Made by a program: the position numbers and the translations under genes
Notes under the pieces: generated by a model
Databases searched by the model: none
The model's input: only the letters and a program-made list of their open reading frames with translations
What the model was told of the DNA's origin: nothing
Shown: positions 36,203 through 45,692 of the stretch, one piece after another
Position numbering within the stretch: position 1 is the stretch's first letter
Layout: the number at the start of each line of letters is the position of its first letter
Assembly (NCBI GenBank): GCA_045590215.1
Contig: JAZNQO010000028.1
Coordinates: 10,144 to 74,143 of the forward strand
DNA from: Clostridia bacterium
GTDB taxonomy: Bacteria; Bacillota; Clostridia; Christensenellales; Aristaeellaceae
Length of the DNA: 64,000 nucleotides
Direction of reading: 5' to 3'

Positions 36203-37033
36203 TTAGTCGTCCAGCCCGGTGAGCACCTTGCGGATGGCACCATCCAGCCAGTTGCCTTCAAAGAGTTCGATGAGCCCGGCATCGCAGGCAGCAGCCAGCT
36301 TGAGGTTAATGGGCAGCTTGGCCAGCACTTCGGTGCCGAAGCGTTCCGCCGTTTCCTGCACATGGCTTTCGCCGAAGACTTCCACCTGCTTGCCGCAATC
36401 GGGGCAGAGGGCATAGCTCATGTTTTCCACAAGGCCAAGGACCTTGATATCCATCATATTCGCCATGTTCATGGCCTTTTCCACGATCATGCCCACCAGA
36501 GCCTGGGGGGAAGTGACCACGATGGTTTCGTCCACGGGCACGGACTGGAACACGGTAAGGGGCACATCGCCGGTTCCGGGAGGCATATCAATAAACATCA
36601 CATCAATATCGCCCCAGAGCACGTCCGTCCAGAACTGCTTGACAGTACCGGCGATGACGGGGCCGCGCCAAACGACGGGGGCATTATCTTCTTCCAGAAG
36701 GAGATTGACGCTCATCATTTTGATGCCGGTGCGGCTTTCCACGGGCAGGATGCCTTCATCATTGCCCATGGCCTTTTCCTTGATACCAAAAGCCTTGGGA
36801 ATGGACGGGCCTGTGATATCGGCGTCCAGAATGGCGGTTTTATAGCCGGCACGGCTGGCAAGCACGGCAAGCAAACTGGTGACGAGGCTCTTGCCAACGC
36901 CGCCCTTGCCGCTCATCACAGCAACGACCTTTTTGATGTTGGATAAACGATGGGGCTTTTCAATGAGGCTCTGCTGTTCACGGCTGGAGCAATTGGCCGT
37001 GCAGGTGGAGCAATCGTGGGTGCATTCGCTCAT
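36203..37033 (-). CDS. Mrp/NBP35/ApbC family iron-sulfur cluster carrier ATPase
   Basis: Cys-rich N-terminus CTHDCSTCTANC and the deviant Walker A SGKGGVGKS. Confidence 0.9.
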   Translation of the reverse strand: MSECTHDCSTCTANCSSREQQSLIEKPHRLSNIKKVVAVMSGKGGVGKSLVTSLLAVLASRAGYKTAILDADITGPSIPKAFGIKEKAMGNDEGILPVESRTGIKMMSVNLLLEEDNAPVVWRGPVIAGTVKQFWTDVLWGDIDVMFIDMPPGTGDVPLTVFQSVPVDETIVVTSPQALVGMIVEKAMNMANMMDIKVLGLVENMSYALCPDCGKQVEVFGESHVQETAERFGTEVLAKLPINLKLAAACDAGLIELFEGNWLDGAIRKVLTGLDD

Positions 37034-37114
37034 AGCTTGTTTCGCTTCCTTTCCTTGATAACCAAAGATTGTATTTCGGCATAAAAGGCGTTTTCCCTGC
37101 CGGGAAAAAATATT

Positions 37115-38269
37115 TTAATAAGTGCCCTCGGTGCTCATGGTGACGTCCTTTTCTTCCTTATGCCGGGACGTTTTGCACTTTTCCATCAAAAGCTCATAGA
37201 ACTTCTGTTCGTCAATGGGCAGAGAAACCTCTTTGTTTTCCCACGCAGACAGGTGCATGGCATTGGAGAGCATAAGCCCCCGGATGCCTTCCCTTCCGTC
37301 TGCCACCAGCTTCTCTCCCCGAAGGATATTGGCGGCAAATTTGTTCAGCACCTCCGGATGCTGCTCGTTCCGGCCATCGGTTTCCACCTTGATTTCTTCC
37401 TTATCCGGGGTTTTGAAGCCTTCCTTGCAGGTGAAGCACCATTCACGCTCGTCAGTAAGAAGCTTTGTAAAGGTAAGGCCGCTGTAATCGCACACAAGCT
37501 TGCCCTTGGTGCCGCTCACTTCCAGCCGGTTGGTGCCGGGGGCATCGCCGGTTGTGGTGACAAAGACGCCGGTTGCGCCGTTCTCAAATTCCAGATAGGC
37601 GGTCACATCGTCTTCCACTTCGATATCGTGCCATTTGCCTTCCTGCATCTTGGCATGCACCTTCACGGGCAAGCCGCACAGCCACTGCAAAAGATCCAGC
37701 TGATGGGGGCACTGGTTCAGCAGCACGCCGCCGCCTTCCCCGGCCCAAGTGGCACGCCATGCGCCGGAATCATAATAAAACTGGGTGCGATACCAATCGG
37801 TAATCAGCCAGCTCATGCGCTTCATTTCGCCAATTTCGCCGTTATCGATCATTTCTTTCATCTTGCGATAAACGCAGTTGGTGCGCTGATTGAACATCAT
37901 GCCAAAGGTAAGCTCCGGATGCTTATCCGCTTCTTCAATCATTTCCCGAACCTGCAAAGTGTATACCCCGGCAGGCTTTTCGCACATCACATGCAGGCCG
38001 TTTTGAAAGGCAGCCTTGGCCAGCACCGGGTGCTGATAATGGGGCGTGGCAATGAGCACGGCGTCGCACACCTTGGCCGCAATCAGGTCCGCACCTTCTG
38101 TAAAAATCTTGGCCGCGGGCAGCACTTCCTTCGCCCAGTCCCGGCGGGAAGCACGGCGATCTGCCACCGCCACAATTTCAATTTCCGGGCACTTGCCCTG
38201 CAAAATATTGTTCACATGTCCGCTGCCCATACCGCCGCAGCCAACTACACCCAGCCGCACCTTGCTCAT
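37115..38269 (-). CDS. Gfo/Idh/MocA family oxidoreductase
   Basis: VRLGVVGCGGMGSGH Rossmann N-terminus and a CEKP motif. Confidence 0.88.
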   Translation of the reverse strand: MSKVRLGVVGCGGMGSGHVNNILQGKCPEIEIVAVADRRASRRDWAKEVLPAAKIFTEGADLIAAKVCDAVLIATPHYQHPVLAKAAFQNGLHVMCEKPAGVYTLQVREMIEEADKHPELTFGMMFNQRTNCVYRKMKEMIDNGEIGEMKRMSWLITDWYRTQFYYDSGAWRATWAGEGGGVLLNQCPHQLDLLQWLCGLPVKVHAKMQEGKWHDIEVEDDVTAYLEFENGATGVFVTTTGDAPGTNRLEVSGTKGKLVCDYSGLTFTKLLTDEREWCFTCKEGFKTPDKEEIKVETDGRNEQHPEVLNKFAANILRGEKLVADGREGIRGLMLSNAMHLSAWENKEVSLPIDEQKFYELLMEKCKTSRHKEEKDVTMSTEGTY

Positions 38270-39249
38270 AATTCTTTCCTCCCCTGATCGTACATCGTCA
38301 ACATGGTTTCAATGGTCGTTGCCACATTTTTCAGATCATTTTTGAAGGGCTTTCCTTCCGCCATACACCGATAATAATCCGCAATGCAGGCATAATGGCC
38401 GCTGCCCCAATAGCTTTTCCCAACAGGCGTGGGCATTTCAAAACGCTGCTTTGAAACGCTGCCGTCTTTTTTAATTTCCAGCGTATCTTCCTCCATGCGC
38501 AGACAGCCCTTTTCCGTCACGACTTCCACCAGCACCGGGGCATTGCCGCTGAACGCATTGGACACATAGAAAATACCCCTTCTGCCTGCGCTTTCCAGAT
38601 AGGCTTCCACCGTGTCTTCCACTTCGATGACGCCCTGCAGGCGGCGGTTGGCCATATGGCAGGAAACTTGATCCGGCTTGCCAAGGAACAAAAGCATCAG
38701 ATCCAGCGTGTGGACGGCCTGATTGATCAGCGCACCGCCGCCTTCCGTGGCCCATTTGCCTCGCCAATCGCCGGAAACATAATAATCTGCGCCCCTGTCC
38801 CAATTGACGATGCCCCGAACGCCTTTCACTTCGCCCATTTCGCCGGAAGCAATCATGCTTAACGCCTTTTCCACCGGCGGATTATAGCGGTTCTGCACGC
38901 ATACGCCGATGCGCACCTTCTCCGCCGCCTTTTGCAGCGTCTCCCATTCCTGCCACGAAATTACCGGCGGCTTTTCCGTAAACACCTGCACGCCCATTTC
39001 CGCCGCTTTCACTGCCATGGGGGTATGCAGGTAATGGGGCGTGCAAAGATGCACGGCGTCCGGCTTTTCCGCTTTCAAAAGGGTTTCGTAATCGGTGTAG
39101 GGGGTGCAATGGAATTTCTCGGCATAGGCTTTCGCCTTTTCAGGCACAATATCGCAGCAGCCGGAAAGCGTCACCCCTTCCAAGGCCGCCAGCACAGCCC
39201 CATGCACCTGGGCAATGCCGCCGCAGCCGATCACACACACCTTAAACAT
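38266..39249 (-). CDS. Gfo/Idh/MocA family oxidoreductase
   Basis: FKVCVIGCGGIAQVH Rossmann N-terminus and TEKP. It overlaps the downstream gene by 4 nt. Confidence 0.88.
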   Translation of the reverse strand: MFKVCVIGCGGIAQVHGAVLAALEGVTLSGCCDIVPEKAKAYAEKFHCTPYTDYETLLKAEKPDAVHLCTPHYLHTPMAVKAAEMGVQVFTEKPPVISWQEWETLQKAAEKVRIGVCVQNRYNPPVEKALSMIASGEMGEVKGVRGIVNWDRGADYYVSGDWRGKWATEGGGALINQAVHTLDLMLLFLGKPDQVSCHMANRRLQGVIEVEDTVEAYLESAGRRGIFYVSNAFSGNAPVLVEVVTEKGCLRMEEDTLEIKKDGSVSKQRFEMPTPVGKSYWGSGHYACIADYYRCMAEGKPFKNDLKNVATTIETMLTMYDQGRKEL

Positions 39250-40023
39250 TTATTTCTTTCCTCCGTTCATCAGGCTCTTCACATAATCAAGGCTGCTTTT
39301 CAGGCAGTCAAAGGGCGATGCGCCGTAGCAATCGTCCTGCTCGACCAGTGCGTATTCCGTCACTCCGTTATTGTTCAGCGTGTCGATAATCGCCCCAAAG
39401 TTCATATTGCCGCTGCCCACTGCTGCCATTTTCGCCGTAAAGCCGTCGGGAATCAAATCCTTCAGATGCACGCAGGGCAGGCGGTCTCCATGCCTCTTCA
39501 GCCAATCGTTCACATCCACCCCGGCAAACTGCATCCAATAGGTGTCTGCGGTGATGCCCATGATTTCTGCCGGAAATCTCTCCAGCATCACGTCCATCAT
39601 CACCCGGCCGTCTTGCAGCCTGCCAAACTCCAAGGCATGATTGTGATACATAAACAGCATCCCCTCATCACGAAGCTTTTGCAGGGGCTTTTCAAAATCC
39701 AAAAAGAAATCGTCAAACATATCTTTCGTGCGATATCTTTCGCTCATCATGCCAAGCCCCACATAGCGGCAGCCATACAGCTGATGCTCCGCAATCAGCC
39801 CGTCCACATCGTTTAGAAAACGGTGTTCGGGGTTATGGGTCAATACGATCGAAAGGCCATTTGCATCGCAAAGAGCCTTCACCCTTTCCGGGGCGATGTT
39901 TCCGATGCCGGAAACCTGCACTTCTTCATATCCCATCCCGGCAATCTTTTCCAGCGTCCGTCCCAAGTCCTTTTCGTTTTGAGCAAACATCCGCACCGTA
40001 TACAGCTGCGCACCGATTTTCAT
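39250..40023 (-). CDS. sugar phosphate isomerase/epimerase (xylose-isomerase-like TIM barrel)
   Basis: MKIGAQLYTV...GYEEVQV...YHNHALEF pattern of the AP_endonuc_2 fold. Confidence 0.85.
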   Translation of the reverse strand: MKIGAQLYTVRMFAQNEKDLGRTLEKIAGMGYEEVQVSGIGNIAPERVKALCDANGLSIVLTHNPEHRFLNDVDGLIAEHQLYGCRYVGLGMMSERYRTKDMFDDFFLDFEKPLQKLRDEGMLFMYHNHALEFGRLQDGRVMMDVMLERFPAEIMGITADTYWMQFAGVDVNDWLKRHGDRLPCVHLKDLIPDGFTAKMAAVGSGNMNFGAIIDTLNNNGVTEYALVEQDDCYGASPFDCLKSSLDYVKSLMNGGKK

Positions 40024-40048
40024 CTGTTATCACACTCCCGTTATGTCC

Positions 40049-40077
40049 ATTGTACCCCCTTTTTTAAAGCATAGCAA
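40049..40077 (-). promoter_or_regulatory. candidate promoter of the isomerase/oxidoreductase operon
   Basis: The minus strand reads TTGCTA (40077-40072), a 17-nt spacer, then TACAAT (40054-40049). Confidence 0.5.
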
Positions 40078-40097
40078 GGAAGAAAACGGATTTTTCT

Positions 40098-40125
40098 TTG
40101 TCATTTTGCATTTTTGTGCTATAAT
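40098..40125 (+). promoter_or_regulatory. candidate mnmG promoter
   Basis: TTGTCA, a 16-nt spacer, then TGcTATAAT (extended -10). Confidence 0.55.
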
Positions 40126-40167
40126 CGGGAACGGTACCGATTATGCACCGTATGGAGGGATGAATTT

Positions 40168-41934
40168 ATGGCAGATATCGTGGTCATCGGCGCAGGCCAT
40201 GCAGGCTGTGAAGCTGCGCTTTGCTGTGCCCGGATGGGCATGGATACCGTGCTGCTCACCATGAATCTGGAATCGGTGGCACTGATGCCCTGCAATCCCT
40301 CCATCGGCGGCACAGGCAAGGGCCATCTGGTGCGTGAAGTGGATGCCTTGGGCGGCGAAATGGGCTTGGCTTCCGATAAAGTGACGCTGCAAAGCCGCAT
40401 GCTCAATTTAGGCAAAGGCCCGGCGGTGCATTCCCTGCGTGCCCAGGCGGATAAGCGGCGGTATCATTTGAACATGCTGAATACCCTCTTCAATCAGGAA
40501 AATTTAACCCTCCGCCAAGGGGAAGCCGCACAGATTGTGGTGAAAGGCGGCGTAGTGACGGGGGTCAAAACCCTCTCCGGCGATGTGATTGCCTGCCGGG
40601 CGGCCGTTGTCTGCACCGGCGTATACTTAAAAAGCCGCATCATCATCGGCGAAGCGGAATGGGAGGCCGGCCCCCAAGGCCTGATGCCGGCAGGCTCCCT
40701 TTCCCAGTCCATTATGGATCTGGGCTTTGAAATCCGCCGCTTCAAAACGGGGACCCCGGCCCGTGTTGCCGCCAATTCCATTGACTTTGAAAAAATGACG
40801 CCCCAGCCCGGAGACGAGCCCCCTGTGCCCTTCTCCTTTATGACGGATGAACCCATTCAGAATAAAATCAACTGCTACCTCACCTGGACCAACGAAAAAA
40901 CTCACGAAATCATCAGACAGAATCTCCATCGTGCCCCCATGTTTACCGGCTCCATTACCGGCGTGGGTGCCCGGTATTGCCCCTCCATTGAAACCAAAAT
41001 CGTCCGCTTTGCGGATAAGGACAGGCATCAAATTTTTCTGGAACCGGAAGGGGATGGCTACCCCGAATGGTATGTGCAGGGCATGTCCACCAGCATGCCG
41101 GAAGATGTGCAGTGGGAGATGTACCGCACCATCCCCGGCCTTGAAAAATGCCAAATCACCCGCCTTGCCTACGCCATTGAATACGACTGTATCGACCCCA
41201 TGACCCTCACCCCCTACCTCGGTGCCAAGCATATCCCTGGGCTGTATCTGGCCGGGCAAGTAAACGGCACCTCCGGCTATGAGGAGGCCGCCGCCCAAGG
41301 CATCTATGCCGGCATCAATGCGGTGCTTTACTGCAAGGAAAAAGAGCCCTTCCTTTTAACGAGGGATCAGGCTTACATCGGCGTGATGGTGGACGATCTC
41401 ACCACCAAAGGCACCGACGAACCCTACCGCATGATGACCAGCCGGGCAGAGCATCGCCTGTATCTGCGGCAAGATAACGCCGACCTTCGCCTCACCGAGC
41501 GTTCCCATAAATTAGGCCTTGCAACAGACGAGCGTATGCGCCGCACCGAAAAAAAGGCCGCCGATACCAAAGAGCTCATCAAACGGTTGGAAGATAACGG
41601 CATGGCCAAGGAGCTGAAACGCCCGGAAGCCAAAGTGGAAATCCCTGCCGAATGGGGCTTTGACCGGGAAAGCATGGAGCAAGCCCGCATCCAGATCAAA
41701 TACGAAGGCTATCTGCAGCGTGAAATGGCGCAGATCAAGGCTGCCCGTGCCATGGAAGAAGCTCTGCTGCCCCCGGATATCGACTACGAAACCCTCTCTT
41801 CCCTCCGGCTGGAAGCCCGGCAGAAGCTGAACGCCGCCCGTCCCTTGTCCCTTGGGCAGGCCAGCCGCATCCCCGGCGTTTCCCCGGCAGATATCGCTGT
41901 GCTCACCGTCTGGCTCAAGCGGCTCCACAGCTGA
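40168..41934 (+). CDS. mnmG: tRNA uridine-5-carboxymethylaminomethyl(34) synthesis enzyme MnmG (GidA)
   Basis: [35 protein letters not shown] and GTPARV blocks. Start at the ATG at 40168 after GGAGGG. Confidence 0.95.
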   Translation: MADIVVIGAGHAGCEAALCCARMGMDTVLLTMNLESVALMPCNPSIGGTGKGHLVREVDALGGEMGLASDKVTLQSRMLNLGKGPAVHSLRAQADKRRYHLNMLNTLFNQENLTLRQGEAAQIVVKGGVVTGVKTLSGDVIACRAAVVCTGVYLKSRIIIGEAEWEAGPQGLMPAGSLSQSIMDLGFEIRRFKTGTPARVAANSIDFEKMTPQPGDEPPVPFSFMTDEPIQNKINCYLTWTNEKTHEIIRQNLHRAPMFTGSITGVGARYCPSIETKIVRFADKDRHQIFLEPEGDGYPEWYVQGMSTSMPEDVQWEMYRTIPGLEKCQITRLAYAIEYDCIDPMTLTPYLGAKHIPGLYLAGQVNGTSGYEEAAAQGIYAGINAVLYCKEKEPFLLTRDQAYIGVMVDDLTTKGTDEPYRMMTSRAEHRLYLRQDNADLRLTERSHKLGLATDERMRRTEKKAADTKELIKRLEDNGMAKELKRPEAKVEIPAEWGFDRESMEQARIQIKYEGYLQREMAQIKAARAMEEALLPPDIDYETLSSLRLEARQKLNAARPLSLGQASRIPGVSPADIAVLTVWLKRLHS

Positions 41935-42027
41935 TTCAGGACGAGGCAGAGAGGTTTCGGATCACTGTCCCTGCCCAGGGTTCGGGGGTGGAGCCTCCGT
42001 GTTCCCAGAATAATAACGCAAATCAAA

Positions 42028-42063
42028 ATGCCGGACGGTATTGAAACCCTCCGGCATTTTTTT
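42028..42063. terminator. bidirectional intrinsic terminator after mnmG
   Basis: ATGCCGGA...TCCGGCAT stem followed by TTTTTTT. Confidence 0.75.
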
Positions 42064-42565
42064 ACTTCTTTTTCTTCTTTTTCCGCTTGGGGGGACGCTT
42101 GCTGCAAAGAAGCAGGGCATGCAGCCCCGGCAGCATGGAAAGCAGCACCGCAATCACCGCAAAGCCGATGTAGCAGCCCATTTTCAATGCTTCCGCTGCG
42201 TCATTTTCCACCAGCAGCGGCACCAGCACCCCGTTCAGCACGTCATACTGCCGCCACGCAAGCAATGCCGTCAACACCGGCAGCAAAATCAATAACGCCC
42301 AGCCAACAACCTTTCCAAACCCCTGCATACATTTTGCAGGCGGTGGCGGCGGCATCTGGCGCACCTGATTGGGGTTTGGCTCCTGATATCGGGTCAGGGG
42401 TGCGGTAGCCCCGGGGGCAGATACTTGCGGCGGACGGGCGTTCAACGCCGTGGGGGCAGAGCCGAAACGCCCGGCTGACCGGGTAGCACCGCACTGGTCG
42501 CAGGAAGTATAGCCGTCCTTGTTTTCCGCATGGCAGTGGTTGCAAATCCACATAAGTTCTCGCAT
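42062..42565 (-). CDS. zinc-ribbon membrane protein with Pro-rich linker and poly-Lys tail (start uncertain: 42565 or 42553)
   Basis: WICNHCHAENKDGYTSCDQCG zinc ribbon, two or three TM helices, and a C-terminal KRPPKRKKKKKK. Confidence 0.6.
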   Translation of the reverse strand: MRELMWICNHCHAENKDGYTSCDQCGATRSAGRFGSAPTALNARPPQVSAPGATAPLTRYQEPNPNQVRQMPPPPPAKCMQGFGKVVGWALLILLPVLTALLAWRQYDVLNGVLVPLLVENDAAEALKMGCYIGFAVIAVLLSMLPGLHALLLCSKRPPKRKKKKKK

Positions 42566-42629
42566 CCTTTGCAAATGGTGTTCTATCCAAGATAACGATG
42601 GGAAAAGGGATTTTCTTCCCGTTTCTGCA

Positions 42630-43703
42630 TCAATCGCCGAAAGAAATGCCCATATCCCTTGCCACGTCAATCATCTGATAATCCTTGGGCACGGGCTTGG
42701 CCACACCTGCAATCTCGTTCAGCTTGTTGTGAATGATATTGTTGCCCGACAAAGCCACCGTCACACCATATTCGCCCTTTTCAATCAGCTGAGCAGCGTG
42801 CACGCCGAACTGGGTGGCCAGCACTCGGTCATAGGCAGAGGGCGAGCCGCCACGCTGAATATGGCCGGGAATGACAGAACGGGCTTCCACACCCACCAGC
42901 TCGGAAAGCTCCTTGGCCACCCGGTTGGCAATGCCGTTGAACCCGGTTTCCAAACGGAAGGCTTCCCGCTCCTTCTTTTTCATCTTGGCTTCCTTCTTGC
43001 TCATGGCCCCTTCGGCTACCGCCAGAATGGAGAAGGCTTTCTTGCTCTTGGCACGGGCTTCCACAACCTTTGCCACTTCCTTGATGTCATAGGGAATTTC
43101 CGGCAACAGCACCACGTCCGCCCCGCCGGCCAGGCCGGAATACAGCGTCAGCCACCCGGCCTTGTTGCCCATGATTTCAATCACCATGCAGCGGCCATGG
43201 GAAGCGGCAGTGGTGTGGATGCGGTCAATCACGTCGGTGGCAATGTCCACAGCGGTGTGGAAACCGAAAGTGAAGTCCGTGCCGAAAATATCGTTGTCAA
43301 TGGTCTTGGGCAGGCCAATCACGTTCAGGCCTTCCTCGGAAAGCAGGTTGGCCGTCTTGTGGGTGCCGTTGCCGCCCAGGGTGACCAGGCAGTCCAGCTT
43401 CATTTTCTCATAGTTTTCCTTCATGGCCTTGACCTTGTCCACATTGTCTTCCTCAATCACGCGCATGTTGCGGAAGGGCGTCCGGGCGGTGCCTAAAATG
43501 GTGCCGCCAAGGGTCAGGATACCGGAAAACTGGCTGCGCTTCATTTCCTGCCATTCGCCTTCGATCAGGCCGCGATAACCATCGGAAATGCCTATGATTT
43601 CCGCATCAAACATCTCATAAGCCGCTCGAGCAACACCACGGATGGCCGCATTCAGGCCGGGGCAATCGCCGCCGCTGGTCAGGATACCGATTCTGCGTTT
43701 CAT
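42630..43703 (-). CDS. pfkA: 6-phosphofructokinase
   Basis: IGILTSGGDCPGLNAAIRGV, GLPKTIDNDI and PGHIQRGG motifs. Confidence 0.93.
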   Translation of the reverse strand: MKRRIGILTSGGDCPGLNAAIRGVARAAYEMFDAEIIGISDGYRGLIEGEWQEMKRSQFSGILTLGGTILGTARTPFRNMRVIEEDNVDKVKAMKENYEKMKLDCLVTLGGNGTHKTANLLSEEGLNVIGLPKTIDNDIFGTDFTFGFHTAVDIATDVIDRIHTTAASHGRCMVIEIMGNKAGWLTLYSGLAGGADVVLLPEIPYDIKEVAKVVEARAKSKKAFSILAVAEGAMSKKEAKMKKKEREAFRLETGFNGIANRVAKELSELVGVEARSVIPGHIQRGGSPSAYDRVLATQFGVHAAQLIEKGEYGVTVALSGNNIIHNKLNEIAGVAKPVPKDYQMIDVARDMGISFGD

Positions 43704-43735
43704 ATGATTAGCTCCTTTCTTTTTGCGGATGGGGT

Positions 43736-43774
43736 GCGAGAGAAGGGATTTTGCGTCAAAATCCCCTCTCTCGC
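43736..43774. repeat. long near-perfect palindrome in the pfkA 5' region
   Basis: GCGAGAGAAGGGATTTT-GCGTC-AAAATCCCCTCTCTCGC, related in sequence to 43922-43960. Confidence 0.8.
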
Positions 43775-43921
43775 GCTCTCACCCAAAACCAATTTGGAAA
43801 ATATCTTGATGCTTTCACAGAAGCATTATGCCCATGAACAAATTAAGCTCCTCTTGCCCCACCGGCACACAATATATTTTTGCTCCTTGTGTTCTTTCCG
43901 GAGCCGTTTCTTTGGGAGGGT

Positions 43922-43960
43922 GCGGGAGGGAATTTCTTTTCAAAAGAAATTCCCTCCCGC
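43922..43960. repeat. perfect 17-bp-stem palindrome downstream of the DUF853 gene
   Basis: GCGGGAGGGAATTTCTT-TTCAA-AAGAAATTCCCTCCCGC. There is no T-run on either side. Confidence 0.8.
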
Positions 43961-43975
43961 AAATTCCCCAAAAAA

Positions 43976-45679
43976 CTATTTCTTCAACCCCAAAATCCCC
44001 AGTAACGTCCGGCTGATTTTGCGGCCCATTTCACGCCCGGCGGCGGTGGTGGCAGATTGGGCAAAGGAGTCCAATAGCTGCTCCGCTCTGGTCATTTCGC
44101 TGCGCTTCTTGGCCGGCTTTTTCTCTTTTTTGGGTTTCGCCGCAACGGGCACAGCATCCTGCACGGCAGGGTAATTGTACTGATAAGCGGCGGACCGGGC
44201 CACACTGTTTTGCGGCAGCGGCTTTGCCTGTAAAACAGGGGCCTGCATCTGCTGCAATTGCGCTTCTTCATACTTGCCCGTTTCGGGGTTGTATACCCTG
44301 AAGCTCATGGGCTGATAAACGGGCTGCACGCTTTCCGGCTGGGCCATTTCCACGGGAACAGGGGTCAGAACCTGCGTTTCCACAGCCCCGGCACCGTTAA
44401 AAACAGCAGACAAAAGCTCGTACGCACTTTCCCTGTCCACGGTCTTGTCGTATTTTTCGCCGACGGGGTCGGTTTCCAGATATGTTTTACGCAGGGAGTC
44501 GGAAATGGCACCGATAGACCCTTGGGGCGGCAGGATGGTGGCACGCTGCACCACGGACGGGCTGCCGTCCTCCTGCAGGAAGGAAAGCAACGCTTCGCCG
44601 GTTTTCAGCTCCGTCAGACAGCTTTCAGTGTCAAAATTCGGGTTTTCCCGGAAGGTCTGCGCAACAGAGCGCACCACCTTCAACTCCGCCGGTGTAAAGG
44701 CACGCAGCGCATGCTGCACCCGGCCGGAAAGCTGGGACAAAACGGAAGAGGGCACGTCTACCGGGTTCTGGGTGACAAAATAAACACCCACGCCCTTGGA
44801 GCGGATCAGGCGAATCACCTGCTCAATATGCTCCATCAGCGTTTTGCTGCAATCGTCAAACAAAAGATGCGCTTCGTCAAAAAAGAAAACCATCCGGGGC
44901 AACGCCTTGTCCCCCTGCTCCGGAAGCACTTCGTACAGCTCGCCCAACAGCCACAGCAGGAACGTGGAATACATGGCCGGCTTTCGGAACAATTTCTCGG
45001 CAGAGAGGATGTTCACCATCCCCATGCCTTCATCATCCTTTGTAAACCAATCCTGAATGTTCAAGGCAGGCTCCCCAAAGAAAATATCGCCGCCCTGATC
45101 CTCCAAAATGGCAATGGCACGCTGAATGGCCCCCACGGTGGACTTGGCTACGTTGCCGTAATCCAGCGTGTATCGCCCGGCATTTTCCCCCACATAGGCC
45201 AGCATGGCTTTCACGTCTTTCAGGTCAAGGAGCAGCATGTTTTCATCATCTGCAATATTGAAAATGATGTGCAAAACCCCGGTCTGGGTTTCGTTGAGAC
45301 CCAGCATCCGGGCAAGGAGCAAAGGCCCCATTTCGCTGACAGTGGTGCGGATGGGATGCCCCTTTTCGCCATACACATCCCAGAACGTTACCGGGAACGC
45401 CCGGAAAGAAAAATCCTGAATACCGCAAGCTGCCAAACGCTCTTCGATTTTCTTGTTCATTTCGCCAGGCTTGCAAAGGCCGGCCAGATCGCCCTTCACA
45501 TCCGCCATAAAAACCGGCACGCCCAGCTGGGAAAAGCCCTCGGCCAGCACCTGCAGCGTCACCGTCTTGCCCGTGCCGGTAGCCCCGGCAATGAGCCCGT
45601 GACGATTGGCCATGGCAGGCAAAAGCGATACCGCCCCTTCGTTTGAGGTGCCCACCCAGATATGATTGTTCAGCAGCAT
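43976..45679 (-). CDS. HerA/FtsK-like P-loop ATPase (DUF853, YjgR-like) with low-complexity C-terminal extension
   Basis: Walker A GATGTGKT and Walker B MVFFFDEAH. Start at the ATG at 45679 (AAGGGGA upstream). Confidence 0.8.
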   Translation of the reverse strand: MLLNNHIWVGTSNEGAVSLLPAMANRHGLIAGATGTGKTVTLQVLAEGFSQLGVPVFMADVKGDLAGLCKPGEMNKKIEERLAACGIQDFSFRAFPVTFWDVYGEKGHPIRTTVSEMGPLLLARMLGLNETQTGVLHIIFNIADDENMLLLDLKDVKAMLAYVGENAGRYTLDYGNVAKSTVGAIQRAIAILEDQGGDIFFGEPALNIQDWFTKDDEGMGMVNILSAEKLFRKPAMYSTFLLWLLGELYEVLPEQGDKALPRMVFFFDEAHLLFDDCSKTLMEHIEQVIRLIRSKGVGVYFVTQNPVDVPSSVLSQLSGRVQHALRAFTPAELKVVRSVAQTFRENPNFDTESCLTELKTGEALLSFLQEDGSPSVVQRATILPPQGSIGAISDSLRKTYLETDPVGEKYDKTVDRESAYELLSAVFNGAGAVETQVLTPVPVEMAQPESVQPVYQPMSFRVYNPETGKYEEAQLQQMQAPVLQAKPLPQNSVARSAAYQYNYPAVQDAVPVAAKPKKEKKPAKKRSEMTRAEQLLDSFAQSATTAAGREMGRKISRTLLGILGLKK

Positions 45680-45692
45680 AATTTTTCCCCTT

